Notes under the pieces: generated by a model
Database searches by the model: none
The model's input: only the letters and a program-made list of their open reading frames with translations
Told to the model about the DNA's origin: nothing
Assembly (NCBI RefSeq): GCF_001194135.2
Contig: NC_068984.1
Coordinates: 144,505,705 to 144,569,704, forward strand
DNA from: Octopus bimaculoides
Taxonomy: Eukaryota
Direction of reading: 5' to 3'
DNA length: 64,000 nt
Made by a program: the position numbers and the translations under genes
In this document: in pieces, positions 13,583 to 26,699 of the stretch
How positions within the stretch are numbered: position 1 is the first letter of the stretch
Layout: each line of letters starts with the position of its first letter

Positions 13583-13965
13583 GTAGGAGTGGCTGTGTGG
13601 TAAGTAGCTTGTTTACGAACCACATGGTTCCGGGTTCATTCCCACTGTGTGGCACCTTGGGCAAGTGTCTTCCACTATAGCCTCAGGCCAACCAAAGCCT
13701 TGAGTGGATTTGGTAGACGGAAACTGAAAGAAGCCCGTCATATATATGTGTATATATATGTATGTGTGTATATGTTTGTCCACCCAACATCGCTTGACAA
13801 ACGATGCTGGTGCGTTTACGTCCCCGTAACTTAGCAGTTCAGCGAAAGAGACTGATAGAATAAATACTAGGCTTAGAAAGAATAAGTCCTGGGCTCGATT
13901 TGCTCGACTAAAGGCAGTGCTCCAGCATGGCCACAGTCAAATGAGTGAAACAAGTAAAAGAGTGT
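13583..13965 (+). mobile_element. SINE family A, near full length
   Basis: All modules present; aligns with 467-865 and 36785-37130. Confidence 0.9.
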
Positions 13966-14202
13966 AAAATTTTGGTTGTTTTCTCTCCTGAAGATGTGGA
14001 CATTACACGACCCTTTGTATTGTAGCCCTCCCTAAAGTATCTTGAGGGCAGCTCCTTAATTATCGGCCAAAATACAGGTACTACTCTAAATTATTACAGA
14101 AATGTACTTGACGAACAAACTAATCATTTTAACTGGTTTTGTTTTACTTTGATTTATAATTATTGCATTTTACTCTGAAGCCACGAGAACCTGGAGACTT
14201 AC

Positions 14203-14304
14203 ATCCAGTAAATGTATAACATCAAAACTAGCCACATTCTTGTGAATATATGAATGTAAATGCTAATCCATTCTTGCCAGTGTATGTATGAGAGTGTGGC
14301 AGTT
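14203..14304 (-). CDS. Candidate symmetric phase-2 exon (TATLSYIHWQEWISIYIHIFTRMWLVLMLYIYW)
   Basis: Acceptor ttattattttcttag| and donor GAT|gtaagt. 102 nt, one open frame, phase-compatible with the 42627 donor. Confidence 0.3.
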
Positions 14305-15290
14305 CTAAGAAAATAATAACTGGTTTTTGTTTCAGTTAATTTCAAAAATCATGAAGAATTTAGTAAAATGATTTTGTCATTATGAAGTTGATGTTTGAAA
14401 TAACAAAATATTTCTGTGCTAATATTTCCAGTTTTATGGCAGCGAGTTGGCAGAATCATTAGCACACCTGGCGGAATGCTTAGCGGCATCCAAATTCCAC
14501 CGAGGTCAACTTTGCTTTTCATTCTTTCAGAATTGATAGAACAAGTACCAGTTGAGTACTGGAATCGATGTAATTAACTAGCTTCCTCCTGCAAAAATTT
14601 CAGGCCTTGTACCCATATTAGAAAGGATTATTTATAGCTTTATCTGCTTCAGGCTTCACTGTTCCAAAAAATTATTTCATAATCCAACATAAAATTTCAA
14701 GGAAAGTTTTGGTTTAGAACATTTAATAACAGGATGGTTGTACCATGGAACCAGCGGCAGTGTCAGGCAAGTTGGTACGGAAACGGTGAAGACAGGATTT
14801 GTCTGAATGAACAGAGATTAAGAAGGCAGAGAACAAGGAATTGGTTAACAACCAGGGAAGACGGGGAAAGAGGGTTAGGGTAGGGTTTTGTCTCATGCTG
14901 TGCATCTATGAACCGCCTTGCACGTAATAGTTTGGTGATTGTGTTGGGAAAACAAAATACAAAAAAAATAATTTAAACTACAAAACCCTGTGAAGTAAGG
15001 GAAGGGTTCATTAGGCCGTATGTGTGTCTAAGTACTTAAAATTAATAGCAAAGTTATTAAATGTGGTAGAGAGGCAGATGGTGGGTAAATAGAGCAATGA
15101 GTGAGAGCTGAAACAGTGATCTTGTGCGGCGTGCATGTCTTCTTCGACTTGTTTATTGATTTGCCCTTCAAAATCTAAAAATAAAATGTTAATTATTTAT
15201 GTCTGCTGTGAAATGAATGAAGCTGCTTGGAAATGGCATTGAGAATTTGGTTGAGTGTTTTTGTTAGGCAGCACAAGTGTGAGTGGTGGT

Positions 15291-16075
15291 GAAGAAGAAG
15301 AAGAAGAAGAAGAAGAAGAATAGGAAGAAGAATAGGAAGAAGAATAGGAAGAAGGAGAAGAAAGAGAAGAAGAAGAAGAAGAATAAGAATAGGAAGAAGG
15401 AGAAGAAAGAGAAGAAGAAGAAGAAGAAGAATAGGAAGAAGAAAGAGAAGGAAGAAGAAGAAGAAGAAGAAGAAGAAAGAGAAGAAGAAGAAGAAGAAGA
15501 AGAAGAAAGAGAAGGAGAATAAGAGGAGAAGAAAGAGGAGGAAGAAGAAGAGTAGGAGGAGGAAGAGTAAGAAGAAGAAGAAGAAGGAGAAAGAGAAGAA
15601 GAAGAAGAAGAAGAAAGAGAAGGAGAAGAAGAAGAGAATAAGAAAGAGGAGAAGAAGAAGAAAGAGGAGGAAGAAGAAGAAGAGGAAGAAGAAGAGGAGG
15701 AAGAAGAAGAGGAGGAAGAAGAAGAGGAGGAGGAGGAAGAGTAAGAAGAAGAAGAAGAAGAAAGAGAAGAAGAAGAAGAAGAAAGAGAAGAAGAAGAAAG
15801 AGAAGAAGAAGAAGAAGAAGAAAGAGAAGAAGAAGAAGAAAGAGAAGAAGAATAAGAAGAGGAGAAGAAGAAGAAAGAGAAGAAGAAGAAGAAGAAGAAA
15901 GAGAAGAAGAAGAAGAAGAAGAAAGAGAAGAAGAAGAAGAAGAAAGAGAAGAAGAAGAAGAAGAGGAGGAAGAAGAAGAAAGAGGAGGAAGAAGAAGAAA
16001 GAGGAGGAAGAAGAAGAAAGAGGAGGAAGAAGAAGAAAGAGGAGGAAGAAGAAGAGGAGGAGGAGGAGGAGGAAG

Positions 16076-16108
<33 letters not shown>

Positions 16109-16110
16109 AA
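15291..16110 (+). repeat. 820-bp polypurine (GAA)n-based cryptic repeat
   Basis: GAA/GAG/AAA triplets with rare T. I see no C on the plus strand. Confidence 0.98.
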
Positions 16111-16456
16111 TCATTGAGTTGAAACTTGCAGGAGAACATGTCTGGGGCATAAATATTTTTCACTGACTTTAAAAGTTGACTAAAAAGACTAATGAGTTAC
16201 AAAATAAAGTTCATCATCACCAGCATCATCATCATTATCATTACCCTTGTTATTAAATAATTTTACAATACAGAGTTCCAAGTATAAATATGTTGCTGTA
16301 AGCCAAGGTGAACTTGGCAGATAGAGGAAGACACTTCTAGGAAATGTCTTCTGTTATTCATAACCACGTCTTGCACTTTTGCTACCAGATCATGTTGCCA
16401 CAACTTGTAGTGGTTTTGGGCAAGTCTAGGGCATTATTATTATTATTATTATTATT

Positions 16457-16613
16457 AAGGCAGCGAGCCAGCAGAATCATGAGTACATTGGGCAAAATGT
16501 TTAATGGCATTTCATTCATCTTTATGTTCTGAGTTCAAATTCCACTGAGGATCTCTTTGCTTTTTATACTTCCAGGGTCGATAAATTGCTGGCCTTGTGC
16601 CAAAATATGAAAC

Positions 16614-16652
<39 letters not shown>

Positions 16653-16875
16653 CATTATTAGGGCAGTGAGCTGGGAGAATTGTTAACATGCTGGACAAAA
16701 TGCTTAGTGTTATTTCGTCTGTCACTACATTCTGAGTTCAAATTCCGCTGAGGTCGACTTTGCCGTTCATTCTTAAGGGGTCGATAAATTAAGTACCTGT
16801 GAATCATTGGGGTCAATGTAATGGACTAGACCCCACCCCAAAATTCAAGGCCTTGTGGCTTTAGTAGAAAAGATT
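16457..16875 (+). mobile_element. Tandem SINE family B pair separated by (ATT)n
   Basis: Copies at 16457-16615 and 16661-16875, each flanked by ATT runs. Confidence 0.8.
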
Positions 16876-18289
16876 ATTATTATCATTATTATTATTATTA
16901 TTGACTATTTTGAAGGAAATGTAATTTCATCCCTTCATTAACCAATTTTTAAGAAGCAAAGAATGGACTAAACAGGAAGAAACACTTAGGGGATGGAGAG
17001 TTGCTGAAGAGGTCACAGGGTTAGGGGTTAAGGTAACAAAAGATTTCAGACAAAGGACACTAAAATAAGAACAAAACTAGATTTGAAGTGAAGAACAAAT
17101 ATACAGTGCATGTGTTTATTTGGCAAAAAAAAAAAAAATTACCATCCCGAAATATAACAATATCTGTTTCAACACATGATTTTGCATCAGGAATCTTACA
17201 AAACAAATACCTAAATGTACCAAAATATTATTCTATTTTCTCAAACATTTCTGGAATTTTTGAGAAAGCCAATAGTTATGTCTGTCTAACATTCTGCACA
17301 CTATCAAATATACTGCATTCTTGGAAAATCAAACCATATTCCATTCAGTTACAGAGTAGCTAAATGTAACTATTTCAAAAGAAGTCACATTGTTTTAACC
17401 CATTCAGGTAATTGGAGTGTCCAGTTTAGTAAACTGTGACAAGGTGGCTGAGTTCCTTTTGAGCGTTGGGCCTCATGGAGGCAATGATCAAGACCTTTGA
17501 CATCATGTCATGCTTGAGAAGACCCATCAAAATGAGCAAAATTGCAGTCATGGCAGATACCGGTGTCACATAAACACACTCCAGTGTCACGCAAATGGCA
17601 CCTGTGCCGGAGGCACACAAAAGCACCCATTACACTCTCGGAGTGGTTGGCATTAGGAAGAGCATCCAGTCATAGAAAACCATGCCAAATCAGACTGGAG
17701 TCTGGTGCAGCCTTCCAAGCATGCCAGCCCAGTCAAACCGTCCAACCCATGCCAACATGGACACCTTTCATGTGAAGGTGCAGTTTACACAGTAAGCAGG
17801 TGGAATACGATATAATTGATAAGCTAATTGACAGCTGTGAAATGGTGTGTACATATCTTGGTGTGAACAAAATCTACTAATGACTAACATCCTAGCCCAG
17901 GGTGTAATATCTCACAATACCTCAATTTACATGGAAACTGTGATAAAGCACCAGACACTATGGCACTTTATGATAATGGCAGAAAATGAAAGAGGAACAA
18001 AACAGAATTCTTGAAACCATGGAAGTTGAACTGAGAAAAGAAAAGATCGAAAATGGAACACAACAACAATAATTCTTTCTATTAAAAGCACAAAACTTGA
18101 CATTTTGGAAGAAGACACTGGCTGATTACATCAACCTCCGTGCTCAACAAAGACTCATTTTACCAACCCCAAAATAATGAAAGGGAAAGCCAATCTCAGA
18201 GGAATTTGAACTCAGAAAGTAAAGACAAACAAAATGCCACTAAGCGTTTTGGCTGACATGTTAACGATTCTCCCACCTTGTTGCCAACC

Positions 18290-18463
18290 AGGTTGAAACC
18301 GACTCTAGCTCTGTAGTACAGATGTCTTGTTTTCATAAGTTTTGAATTAAAATCTTCCACCAAACCTTAGTCACAATTTATGTTCCTAACACTAGCTGAA
18401 TATTTAAAATTAATTGAAAGAAACATAGAGCATCTCAAAATAAATACAGTAACGGAAGGGTTA
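18290..18463. mobile_element. Probable MITE fragment with AGGG-TTAA end
   Basis: Ends cggaagggttaa. Body unclassified. Confidence 0.3.
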
Positions 18464-18934
18464 AAGTAGTAGTAGTAGTAGTTTAGTGCAGCTCCAGAAA
18501 ATATGATTAGGGACAGCTAGAATATTTAGGAAAGTTCTTGACATCTATTTGTTGTGGCTCGATGTTAAGAATTTTTTCCAACAGTCTAGTCTGTTGTGCA
18601 CAAATACAACAACAACAATAATAATAATAATAAAAGAGTTCCAACGAAACTTGAATTATAAAGAATAACGATAATAATATTGATGATGATGATGATGATA
18701 AAACAGAGGAGGAAGCAAGAGAGGAAATAAATCCCATGACTCCGAAATGGTTGCAAGTTTCCTCTTGAAGGGCCAAGAAATGATACCAAAGTACGTAGGA
18801 TAAGTGATTTGGTTTCACAAGACCAAGTTTTTCAGATATGTGGAAACAGGATCTTGAGTACAGACTTAATTCTCGGCCAAAATATAGGACTCTAACACAG
18901 TCAGAGACAGACACACAATACAGACACTCAATAC

Positions 18935-19004
<70 letters not shown>

Positions 19005-19011
19005 GTATGTA

Positions 19012-19047
<36 letters not shown>

Positions 19048-19213
19048 TGTATAGTGCATTTAACTCTATATATACATACATACACACACAGTTTATTCAT
19101 GTACACACACATATACACAATGTGACATTTCTGAGGGACATTTGAAAATAATTATATAGAAATATTTATATCAAAATACTGCATGTTAATTGATATACTC
19201 CAGTTAGCGAATA

Positions 19214-19251
<38 letters not shown>

Positions 19252-19539
19252 GTAATGAGGGAGTGAGCAAATGTGTAGATGTGTGTGTGTGAGAGAGAGT
19301 ATGTATGATATCACTGATCGTTGTTGTCAACAAATGCTATTTATTTGATAAACTTGCTGAAGAAGGAGGAGGAGGAGTACCACCACCACCACCACCACCA
19401 CCACCACGACCCAGCAGACCCAGCAGAATGTCAGTGTTACACCACACCAGTAAACGATTCCCTGGAGGACATATTCACAACACGAAAGACGCAACAACAT
19501 TGTTAAGCAACATTTGTAAATATTTTCAGATCTGTTGTC

Positions 19540-19910
19540 TTTCACTTGTTTCTGCCATTAGGCTGGAGCCAGGCTGGGGCACTGCCTTGAAGAATTTCCA
19601 GTCGAATGAATCAACCCCCAGGACTTATTTTCTATTTAAGCCTGGTACTTATTTTTATCAGTCTCTTCTGCCAAACCACTAAGTTACAAGGACATAAACC
19701 AAAACCAGTTGTCAAGCAGAGGTTGGACACACACACACACACACACATGATGGGCTTCTTTCAGTTTCTGTCTAACAAATCCACTGACAAGGCTTTGGTT
19801 AGCCCAAGGCTGCAGCAAGAAGGCACTTGTTCAAGGTGCCATGCAGTGGGATTGAAGCAGGAACCATGTGGTTGGGAAGCAAGCTTCTAACCACACACCC
19901 ACACCTGCAC
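19540..19910 (-). mobile_element. SINE family A
   Basis: Reverse complement of the family A layout with an internal (CA)n. Confidence 0.85.
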
Positions 19911-20169
19911 CGATATGCATGTAAATGGATATATTTTGTTATGGTTTAACCAGAGAGAGGGGGGGGGCAGAGTTTGTCTTTTGCAGGACCTCAGATCAAA
20001 GACTGGTTGGTAGCACAAAAGAAGCCGGAGATTATCACTCATGGGCTGCTCTGTACAAAGCAGAATAAGACACTTTAGCTGGCATGGTCACTAAATGGAA
20101 TTCCTATTGTTCCTGAGTCTGACAGATCAGGGCTAACCTGTGGCTAAACAACAACAGTTTCTGCTTTGG

Positions 20170-20350
20170 ACTTGTTAGCTACACCTCCTCTCCACCCTGG
20201 CCCACCTGGATACACTTGTATATTCTCCTCACCACAGCCTTACTGTGTTTCCCAATCCATGTCCTACAACCAGTCCTTCCTCTCCAGAACTGTATTCCAC
20301 AGGGACATTTTCCCCTCTTCATGGTTTTCCTACAGACAATCACCAAAATA
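20170..20350 (+). mobile_element. Possible Penelope-like RT/GIY-YIG linker remnant
   Basis: LVYSP and IFPSSWFSYRQSPK loosely resemble the Penelope linker pattern (P.L.YRQPPNL). Weak. Confidence 0.25.
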
Positions 20351-21929
20351 GAACATCAGGCCTGAAATAAATAAAAAAAACACACAAAATCCCCACTAAA
20401 TAACTTTTAGGGGCATTGTGCCCTCACTACTTTGACAGATTTCTAAAGAAATTCTTATTAGTTCAACCTTGGTATTTCTTTAGGCTTGCAAGAATGTGGA
20501 AGTATAACATAAACTGCCAAGACCACACCCACACCAGGCACTGCCTCGGTTCATAAATAATAAATTAAACCAATGAGTGAAACACATTTTAGTCTCCTTC
20601 TGCTCCAAATTTCACTTTTAAGATGTCAGAAAGAATTATACAGTGTCTGGTGGAATATTTCAGACACTGAAGAATATATAACAGCAAACAAACAGGGGGT
20701 GGAGTGAGGCGGGGGAAGACATTTAAGCAACAAGAAAATTGATGTATTACAATCTTTAACGTATTTTAATTAGAGTAATTTGTGCAAAGTACAGACATGA
20801 AATGAAATAGAATTATAGATTAAAAAATAATGGCATTTCAAGATATGTCTCCACACATAAACAGAACCTGATATTATTTTATTGGTTATAGCACTTCACT
20901 TATACCCACCTCCCAGTAACTCAAGGGTACACCCTGACACACCTTCACCACCATCTGGTCTGTCTGTCTGTCTTTCACTTTCCAACTGAGGTAACCATAT
21001 ATCTCCACTACAGCAAGATACCTGTTTCTCTTCATCGATCATACTTTAACCTCTTATCACCCAGCACAAAGCCACCTCACTCAATACCACACTTCACCTT
21101 AGTTAAAGGATCTTCTCATGCAAATTCCTCGGTGACCTCACTAGTGCAGGTGCCACTGAAAAAGCACACAGTACACACTCTGTAAAGCGGTTGGCACTAG
21201 AAAAGGTATGTATCCAGCCATAGAAACTGTGCCAAAGTAGACACTGGAGCTTGGCACAGTCCTCTGGCTCATTGACTTCTGTCAAGCCATCCAACTCATG
21301 CCAGCATGGAAAACAGACCTTAAATGACGATGATGTCTGCATGTGTGTTGTGTGTGTGTGTGTGTGTGTGTATGAATGAACAGGGTAAACCTTTTCTTTA
21401 AAAGTTTCATCATTTTTATTAAGGATTGTTCACATTTCCTTATTAATGAGATTAATGGATTCGGGAACTTTATTGTTTCAAAATAAACATAAAAGGACCC
21501 AATAAGGAAATAGGAAAATCATTCTAATAAGCAAGAAAAATAATTACAACATAACCCTCTTCTTTTATACAACATGACGTGTATATGTGTGTGCGTGTAT
21601 GTATACATATGTTTGTGCATATATTTATGTATGTATATGTTACATACACACTCACGTTCAGTAGTAAAGAGTCTTTTTCTGTGTTGAAGAGTGATTGTCT
21701 GAAATTCACGTAAGATGTCTAAGTGATTGTGAAAGTTGTGGACATTGATTGCGGAAGATTTGCAGAGGATGGAGAGAAATGTGTTCAGTGACCCATTGAC
21801 TGTGTAATGTTAAGTTGAATGGCAAGTGAAGGACATGTGAGCTGAGAGAGAGAGAGCAAGTACCTGGAATATTAAGGTCAACAGTTGAAGTGTTGAGGAA
21901 AGATGGACGACTGTGCTGGTGTGTGTGTG

Positions 21930-22170
21930 TGATGAGTGGGAGAAGGTACTGCAAGTATGGATGACACATGTGTTGTATAATAAGAGTAGGAGGTATTGCC
22001 GGCATGGGCATGTGTCGTATAATGTGAGTGGGAGATATTGCTACTATGGACTCGTGTCATATGTGAGTAAGAGGTACTGCTGGTATGGACGATGTATGTC
22101 ATATATAGAGAGAGTAGGAGATACCACTTGTATAGACTGTACGTGTATTATATAATGAGAGTGGGAGATG
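21930..22170 (+). repeat. Degenerate ~40-48-bp tandem repeat x5 (gagtgggag...tactgc...tatgga...gtgtcgtataat)
   Basis: Recurrent gagt(a/g)ggag and tat(a)at anchors. Confidence 0.6.
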
Positions 22171-24052
22171 CTTAAAAACTGGTCAAGGAACTTAGGGAAA
22201 GAAATGGTGAGATTAAATATTAAGATATTGAGTTTCAGAGATGAGTAGCAATCCGGTACAGAACACACCACTTCAGCCTTATCAGTATGGAAAACTGGAA
22301 TGAAAGAGGGGTGAGAGCTTCTGTTAGTCACAGGACTTGCTAGAAATAACAGCAGAATTTCTTTTCAATCACAACTCAGTCTTAAAGAAGGGAAGTCACA
22401 GGTTAAAACAGTTTTAGATATACAAGAAGTTGGCATGGTCATGGCTGGAACATCTTTATTTTTTTTTTCTATATCATACATTTATTGTTTATAGGTTTTA
22501 AATGGGCCAAACAATCTGATGGTGACAATTACAAGGGAGTATCTGGAGAAGTCAGGCAGAGTAAATATGCACAGATAGTGTGCCAAGGACTTGACATCAT
22601 CATTTAACATCCGTTTTCCATATCAGCATGTGTTGGATGGCCTGACAGGAGCTGAAGAACCAGGAGCTGCGCCAGGCTCCAGTTGCTTGTTTTGGCATAA
22701 TTTCTACAGCTGGATTCCCTTCCTAACACCAACCTCTTTGCAGAGTGTACTGGGTGCTTTTCACGTGGCACCAGCACAGGTGTTTCTTATGTGGCACCGG
22801 CATGAGTGCTTTCCAAGTGGTACCAGCACTGCAGCCTGGCTACAGGCCCCAAATTCTATGAAGTCCTTTCACCCACCATCTAATGCAGGAATGGTCATGT
22901 GGAGTGTACAAGAGGGTGAAGAAAGTCATCAACCTAACCACAGAATGTCACAGTGCTATTGTAGACTAAAACAGGCAATGACAAAGACAATGAGACAGAA
23001 GGGTGAATGCAGCACGACTCTGAATGGTCCTCCAGGGAAAACAACATCACAGGCAGTGCATTAGATGCTACAGAGTATCATGCTATTATAATAGTATAAC
23101 TATTGCAGTTGCAGACTATAAGAGAATTGACCAACCATTAACTTAGAAGTACAGTTACATGTACGATAGCATGTAACATTGTAAATCAATAAAATAATAC
23201 ATATTATATTGTTTTGAGCAATAATGATAGATGTTGCAGTAAGAGTTTACAACATACCAACTAAGGTCCACAAACACACACACAGGTGCAGGTATGGCTG
23301 TGTAGTTAACAAGTTCGCTTCATAACCACATGGATTCAGGTTCAGTCCCACTGCACAACTTGGGCAAGTATCTTCTACTTATAGCCTAAGGCCAACCAAA
23401 GTCTTGTGGGTGGATTTGACAGATGGAAACTGGAAGACACGCATTGTGTGTTTGTGTGTCCTTGTCATGACGTTACATGTTAGTCATAAACAAACATCCC
23501 TGCCATATAAGCAGTGTCATTCATTTGCCGTCTTCTGTGAAAACACGTCCAGCCACTGTGCTGGTTGTATTCAATGGATTAAGGTAATATAACCTTAATC
23601 GGAAACTGGTGAGATTAACAGGTAAACGTTGGCACCGGCAAAGACATCAAGCCATAGAAACTTTGCTCAACAAATTCCATACGATCCATGCCAACATGGA
23701 AAAGTATGCCTACAAACGTTATGCATCCAACAGGTCATGCATCCCTCATTTCTTTCCACCCTTTGTCCATTCTCTACATTTAATATCCATGTCACACTAT
23801 CACCATACAATCTACATTTTGGCTGAGACAAAGAATCTCCTTTGAAACCAGTAAATCTAATAACTCCTTAAACCTTTTTTTTACTTTGTTCATATTTTGG
23901 CTTCTTTACTTTCAAAATACCTTCCTCCATTGCTGATTTGGGTACCTAGGTACACAAAGGTACCTAGGTAACACACTTCTCAACTACTACAACCTCATGA
24001 ATATTGCAAGAAATTTATTTTACTGGTACATTGAAGACTTACTCATCTTGTG

Positions 24053-24373
24053 AAGGTGCATGGCTCAGTGGTTAGAGGCATTCGGCTCACAGTCGTAAGG
24101 TCATGAGTTCGATTCCCAGCGACACATTGTGTCCTTGAGCAAGACACTTTATTTCACGTTGCTCCAGTCCGCTCAGCTGGCAAAAGTGAGTAGTACCTGT
24201 ATTTCTAAGGGCCGGCCTTGTCACACCCTATGTCATGCCGAATCTCTCTGAGTACTACGTTAAGGGTACACATGTCTGTGGAGTACTCAGCCACTTGCAT
24301 GTTAATTTCAAGAGCAGGCTGTTCCATCGATCGTATCAGCTGGGACCCTCGTTGTCGTAACCGACGGAGTGCT
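24053..24373 (+). mobile_element. SINE family C (tRNA head, CORE-like gtgtccttgagcaagacac, 3' end accgacggagtg)
   Basis: A box tggctcagtgg and B box gagttcgattcc. Other copies: 2183-2500, 28378-28520, 29655-29778, 48135-48290(-), 48560-48697(-). Confidence 0.85.
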
Positions 24374-26699
24374 CCTTTTTCACTCATCTTGTAGCTCTAC
24401 CACAAGCAAAATTTTTATTATACTCAATTTATTGGAGAGGCTGAGCAGAACAACGCAATCCCATCGCTTTAAAATCCTGTTTCTCCCATCTGTAAAGTGT
24501 CAAAAGGCCCAGATTCCCTTTCTGGGGCACAATGACCAGAAACATCAGAAGTGATGTTTGGTTCTGAATCAATAAACCTCAATCAAATGTCCAACAGATA
24601 ACACCAGCCCAGGTAGAACTAAAAGAATGTTAGAAATCTATGGCAGGTGCCCTTTTCTTGTCAGTGTGACAACTACTGAACTAGTGTGTTATGAAAATAT
24701 CGTGGTATTTAAGATTAGGCAGTTTTAAAATGTTGACGACCTAATCACAGCAGACAAACATCATAAAGGTTAAAGCACAAATAAATTTTTTAAAAATTGA
24801 AAAATGACACCAATAAAAGAAGAAACAAAGATCAATTTATTGACAGTGGAATTTGTTTTCTTTCTCTGGCAGACATCTCCAGAAAGGACATTCAATAAAT
24901 ACAGACAACATTTAGATAAGATAGCAGATATCAGGAAGTTGTTTTTTAATATAACAATCACTGAAATAATCTAGAGAATGTAACCATTCCACAGTAACTC
25001 TATCGCTATAGATATTCTTTATTTACTTTAAACTATTCTTGTTTTCACCCATTATAGTCTGTAGCATCACCATTCGGTGAAACTCAATACAGAGGTTGCT
25101 GTTACCAACACTTTTTAAACAGGCAACTGCCTCGGTTGGGATCAGGGACTCCCAATTGCAATAAATATATAGAATGATAATTATAATTATATTTATTATG
25201 AAAATATAAAATGAGATTGCATGATGTTCTATGTTTCTTGAAACTCAATCAACATACAACAAAGTCATGTCCAAAGAATAAAATACTCCAAGATGCCATC
25301 TTCCCCCAAAAAACCCTCCAAAAAAAACAAAAAGTGAAATTAGTGATAAAATATTTCATAAAATAAGAATCAGTTGAAAAACCTGTAGTAAAGACAGCAC
25401 TTTAATTAATTGGTTAACGAGTTAGCTAATAATAATAGTAATGATAATAATCCTTTCTACTAAAGGCACAAAGCCTGAAATTGGGGGAGAGGCGACTAGT
25501 CGATCACATCGACCCCAGTGTTTCACTGGTACTTAATTTATTGACCCCGGAGGGATGAAAGGCAAAGTCGACCTTAGGAGAATTTGAACTCAGAATGTAG
25601 TGGCAGGCGAAAACAACAATGAGGTGCCAAAGACAATGATGACCATAAATGACAATGATGTGGAAAAGGTCTGTGGTCCCTAGTGGTGGTATTGGGTACA
25701 GAAACATGAAAAATTGTGAAACTAACGTTTTTGGACGGAGGAAAGAAAGGGACAAACAATTCCTCACAGACCCCCCATCATACCTCAAATATATTGGGGG
25801 AGAAGGTCATGAGAATGTGTGGTGTTCATGAGTGTCTCAGATACGTCAGAAATATAGGTGAAGCCAGGGGTTAAAACTGTGACCCAATTTCATGAGCTCA
25901 CTGTAAGAATACCAATGCTATGTTGCTATAATTAACCAAAATATTCCAGAAAATCTATTTTGAGTGAGAAAAGAATTAGATTAAGAAAGAGAGCAGGGAA
26001 GGTATAGAGGGGGGGAGTATAAGAGAGGGAGTGGGGGAGAGTTAAGAACAGAGACTGAGGGACAAAGAGAGTGACAGACAGAGTGAATGAGGGTGAGTGA
26101 GTATGGGAAAGAGAGAGAGAGAGAGTCCAGAGAGAAACAGATGACCATTGCTGCACTTGTATGAGAGCTTGCTGTAGGTGTTTGAGGAGACTGGACAGTG
26201 GCTATAATTGGTCAGTTAAAAGCTACACTATTGTTGGAGTGAGAGGATATTTACAAAGAAACTTCTAGAATCAATCAATAAAAATACCATTTTGTTTCCA
26301 GTGAACTTAAAGTTTGTGTGAAATGGTGGCTTAGGTAGACTTAGACAGAATGTTGGAGTTTGTAGCCTGTGTCTGGCGTCACACAGCCTTGACAAGAATC
26401 ATTTAACCTGCCAGAAAAGACAGCCAAATATCCCTCAAATCACACCCTTTATCTATGATAAAGAACACATTTGATATCAATAAAATGTGTTCTTTCCTTA
26501 TTCAAGGTGAAGGGGGGGTGATTAGGGAGATTTGACTGCCATTTCAAACAGTTCAATCATAGGTCTGCTTGACCCGGAGCTAAACATCATCTTCATCACA
26601 GTTCACCCCCCCCCCCACCTTGCATGAGGTAATCTATAGTGGCTAGGACAACAACATTCTTGGATAAATTCCAGGTGTCGACAAAACTGAACTGGCTTG

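Noticed and set aside
13985-14012. CTGAAGA-t-gtg/cac-GAC hammerhead-like start
   Set aside because: No GAAA, stem III or triplet. Similar partial hits at 37858 and 59335 were also dropped.
14203-14304. Resemblance to bestrophin (WISI..YSQ..V.YTF)
   Set aside because: Needs three frameshifts in about 60 nt, and no RFP or NPFGEDDDD motif was seen elsewhere.
14872-14886. Telomere-like gggttagggtaggg (also ~17017)
   Set aside because: Only one or two TTAGGG units; not an interstitial telomeric array.
15197-16163. 317-aa and 299-aa minus-strand ORFs
   Set aside because: Stop-free only because they read the (TTC)n tract; poly-S/L/F with no splice context.
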